A stretch of DNA of 64,000 nt from Myxococcales bacterium. Lineage in GTDB: Bacteria > Myxococcota_A > UBA9042 > JABWCM01 > BTVJ01. This document shows, one piece after another, positions 62,209 through 64,000 of this stretch. A program made the translations under genes and the position numbers. The notes under the pieces are model-generated. The model was not told where the DNA came from. It did not search any database and worked only from the letters and a program-made list of their open reading frames with translations. The stretch spans positions 1-64,000 of the forward strand of contig BTVJ01000025.1 in NCBI GenBank assembly GCA_045863395.1. The letters are read 5' to 3'. The number at the start of each line of letters is the position of its first letter. Position 1 is the stretch's first letter.

Positions 62209-62696
62209 GGGAGCGCCTCGTCGAGGACCTTCCGCTCTTGCTCGGCGCGGAAGGCGCGCAGCGCGTCGCGGAGCTCCGGGCGGCTCGTGCCGAGGATGGC
62301 GACGGCGAGGAGCCCCGCATTGACGGCGCCCGCCTCGCCGATGGCGAGGGTGCCGACGGGGACCCCGCGGGGCATCTGGACGATGGAGTAGAGCGAGTCC
62401 ACCCCTCGGAGCGCCCGGCTCTCCACCGGAACGCCGAGCACCGGGAGGACGGTGCTCGCCGCGACCATCCCGGGCAGGTGGGCGGCGCCGCCCGCCCCGG
62501 CGATGATCACCTCGATGCCGCGGGACTCCGCCTCGGCGGCGAAGGACTGCATGAGCGCGGGCGTGCGGTGGGCGGAGACGACGCGGCGCTCGTGGGGTAC
62601 GCCGAACCGCTCCAGGATGGCCACGGCGTGCTCCATGGTGGGCCAATCGGACCGGCTCCCCATGATCACCGCCACCAGCGGTCGGTCGCTGCTCAT
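62205..62696 (-). CDS. purE: N5-CAIR mutase
   Basis: [25 protein letters not shown] and [11 protein letters not shown]. Confidence 0.97.
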   Translation of the reverse strand: MSSDRPLVAVIMGSRSDWPTMEHAVAILERFGVPHERRVVSAHRTPALMQSFAAEAESRGIEVIIAGAGGAAHLPGMVAASTVLPVLGVPVESRALRGVDSLYSIVQMPRGVPVGTLAIGEAGAVNAGLLAVAILGTSRPELRDALRAFRAEQERKVLDEALP

Positions 62697-62790
62697 GACA
62701 CCCTCCGAGGACGAGGACCTGGGCAGGTCATAGCACGCGCCGCCCCGCGGGACAACGCCTCGGATGTCGCCGCGGGCGTGTGCTTTTGCC

Positions 62791-62820
62791 TTGCAAATTC
62801 AGACAAAGAAGATACCAATT
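62791..62820 (+). promoter_or_regulatory. AT-rich promoter/operator region upstream of the Rrf2 gene
   Basis: TTGCAA -35-like element and imperfect palindrome AATTCAGACA-N5-GATACCAATT ending 4 nt before the ATG. Confidence 0.3.
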
Positions 62821-62824
62821 GCGC

Positions 62825-63325
62825 ATGCTTGTGAAGACAACCGAGCTGGCGCTTCGAGCGCTGACCGTCCTGGCCTTGGAGGGCGACGGCACCCCGGCGA
62901 CTCCCAAGCAGCTCGCCGACCGCCTCGAGTGCTCCGTCTCCTACCTCAGCAAGACCCTCGGGATGCTGGTCAAGGCCGGCATCCTGGAGTCCATGCGCGG
63001 GGCCTACGGCGGGGTCCTGCTGCGGCGCCCCGCGACCGAGATCACGCTGCTCGACGTCTTCGTCGCCTGCCAGGGCGTCCTCGCGACGGACCACTGCGCC
63101 GGGACCGCGCCCCGTGACCGGCAGTGCGCCTTCCACGTCGCCATGCAGGACGTGTACGACCAGACCATGGCTGCGTTGCAGAGCTGGACCCTCGCGGATC
63201 TGAAGGCCCGGCCCGTGCGCTGCCGGGACACGGCGGCAGGGGTGAAGTGCAAGATGTCGTTCACGGGCTGTGAGCACCACGACGACTGGTGCCCGGCGAA
63301 GCAGACCGCCGTGATCGACGCCTGA
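62825..63325 (+). CDS. Rrf2-family transcriptional regulator
   Basis: ALRAL..LA, SYLSKTL..LVKAGILES.RGAYGG..L.RPATEITLLDV and TLADL. Confidence 0.9.
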   Translation: MLVKTTELALRALTVLALEGDGTPATPKQLADRLECSVSYLSKTLGMLVKAGILESMRGAYGGVLLRRPATEITLLDVFVACQGVLATDHCAGTAPRDRQCAFHVAMQDVYDQTMAALQSWTLADLKARPVRCRDTAAGVKCKMSFTGCEHHDDWCPAKQTAVIDA

Positions 63326-63388
63326 GCGGCGGCCTCCAGGAACGTCGAGGGCTCACTGTCGCACTGGCGCGCTCCGCGGAGGTGTCCG

Positions 63389-64000
63389 CTACCTGGTGGG
63401 CCGCTCCAGGGACACCGTGACGATCTCCCGGTCGTCGCAGGGTCGCGACATGAGGATCTCAGCCTGACCGCTGTCCATGGGCAGAGCGACCATCTTCCCG
63501 AGCCAGGGGTGATCCGGCTTCTTGCCGAGGGCGGCCTTGTAGAGCTCGCGGGCCTCGGCCAGGCGACCCGCCCTATGGCGCACCCGACCCAGCTCGCACC
63601 GCGTCTGCCACAGGGCGTAGTCTCCGCCGATCGCAGCGCCGAACGTCTCCTGCGCGCCCGCCACGTCTCCCTGCGCGAGCTGCATCATGCCCAGGTTGTG
63701 GGCCGCCCGGCTGTCGGTGGGCGCGAGCTCCAGCGCCCCCCGGTAGAGCACCTCCGCGCCTCTTGGGTCCCGGAGGTGGTACAGGACGTTCCCCAGCGCC
63801 ACCTTGGCATCGGCCGCGCCGGGTACCAGCTCCAGGTAGCGCTCCAGGTGCTTCCTCGCGTCGGCGAACCGGTGCTCCCGGTAGTGGACGTCGCCGAGGA
63901 CCAGGTAGAGGATCGCGAAGTCCGGGTCGGCGACCAGGCGCTCTTGGAGTAGCGCCAGCGCCTGCTTGAGCTGCCCGCGCTTCTCCATGAGGTCGACGAT
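63389..64000 (-). CDS. TPR protein (5' end probably outside the window)
   Basis: Tandem TPRs (LGDVHY, LGNVLY, NLGMM, LGRV). The frame stays open from the ATG at 63988 to the window edge. Confidence 0.8.
   Translation of the reverse strand: MVDLMEKRGQLKQALALLQERLVADPDFAILYLVLGDVHYREHRFADARKHLERYLELVPGAADAKVALGNVLYHLRDPRGAEVLYRGALELAPTDSRAAHNLGMMQLAQGDVAGAQETFGAAIGGDYALWQTRCELGRVRHRAGRLAEARELYKAALGKKPDHPWLGKMVALPMDSGQAEILMSRPCDDREIVTVSLERPTR

Overview
High-GC window with dense coding and a Myxococcota-like gene content: MYXO-CTERM tails, Cys-rich lipoproteins, several Ser/Thr kinases and ECF sigma factors, and FHA and PEGA proteins. The taxonomy is inferred. I find about 43 CDS and no rRNA, tRNA, CRISPR, transposase or integrase. 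Most genes are cell-envelope or cell-surface genes. (1) A giant TSP3/MopE-repeat lipoprotein of more than 1842 aa runs off the left edge and is missed by the ORF track. (2) Next come a secreted nuclease, a VKOR-DsbA fusion, and a surface-anchored agmatine/peptidylarginine deiminase fused to somatomedin-B-like repeats. (3) A divergent locus pairs an ECF/anti-sigma arm with a DUF4175-MoxR-DUF58-BatA/VWA arm, and each arm carries a secreted TPR-HExxH metallopeptidase. (4) An FHA-mobA-ABC permease-nagZ operon is preceded by a clean ECF-type promoter. (5) A lipoprotein made of about 40 CDDGDPCTxDxC repeats sits beside an atypical S8/FG-GAP protease. (6) A beta-barrel, TPR-rhomboid, TPR-PEGA, FGE-lipoprotein and kinase form a cluster. 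(7) The right end has a beta-propeller plus BPI/TULIP-like pair, a fibre-like protein ending in one jacalin-like blade, purEK and an Rrf2 regulator. All domain calls come from motifs read by eye; no database search was run.
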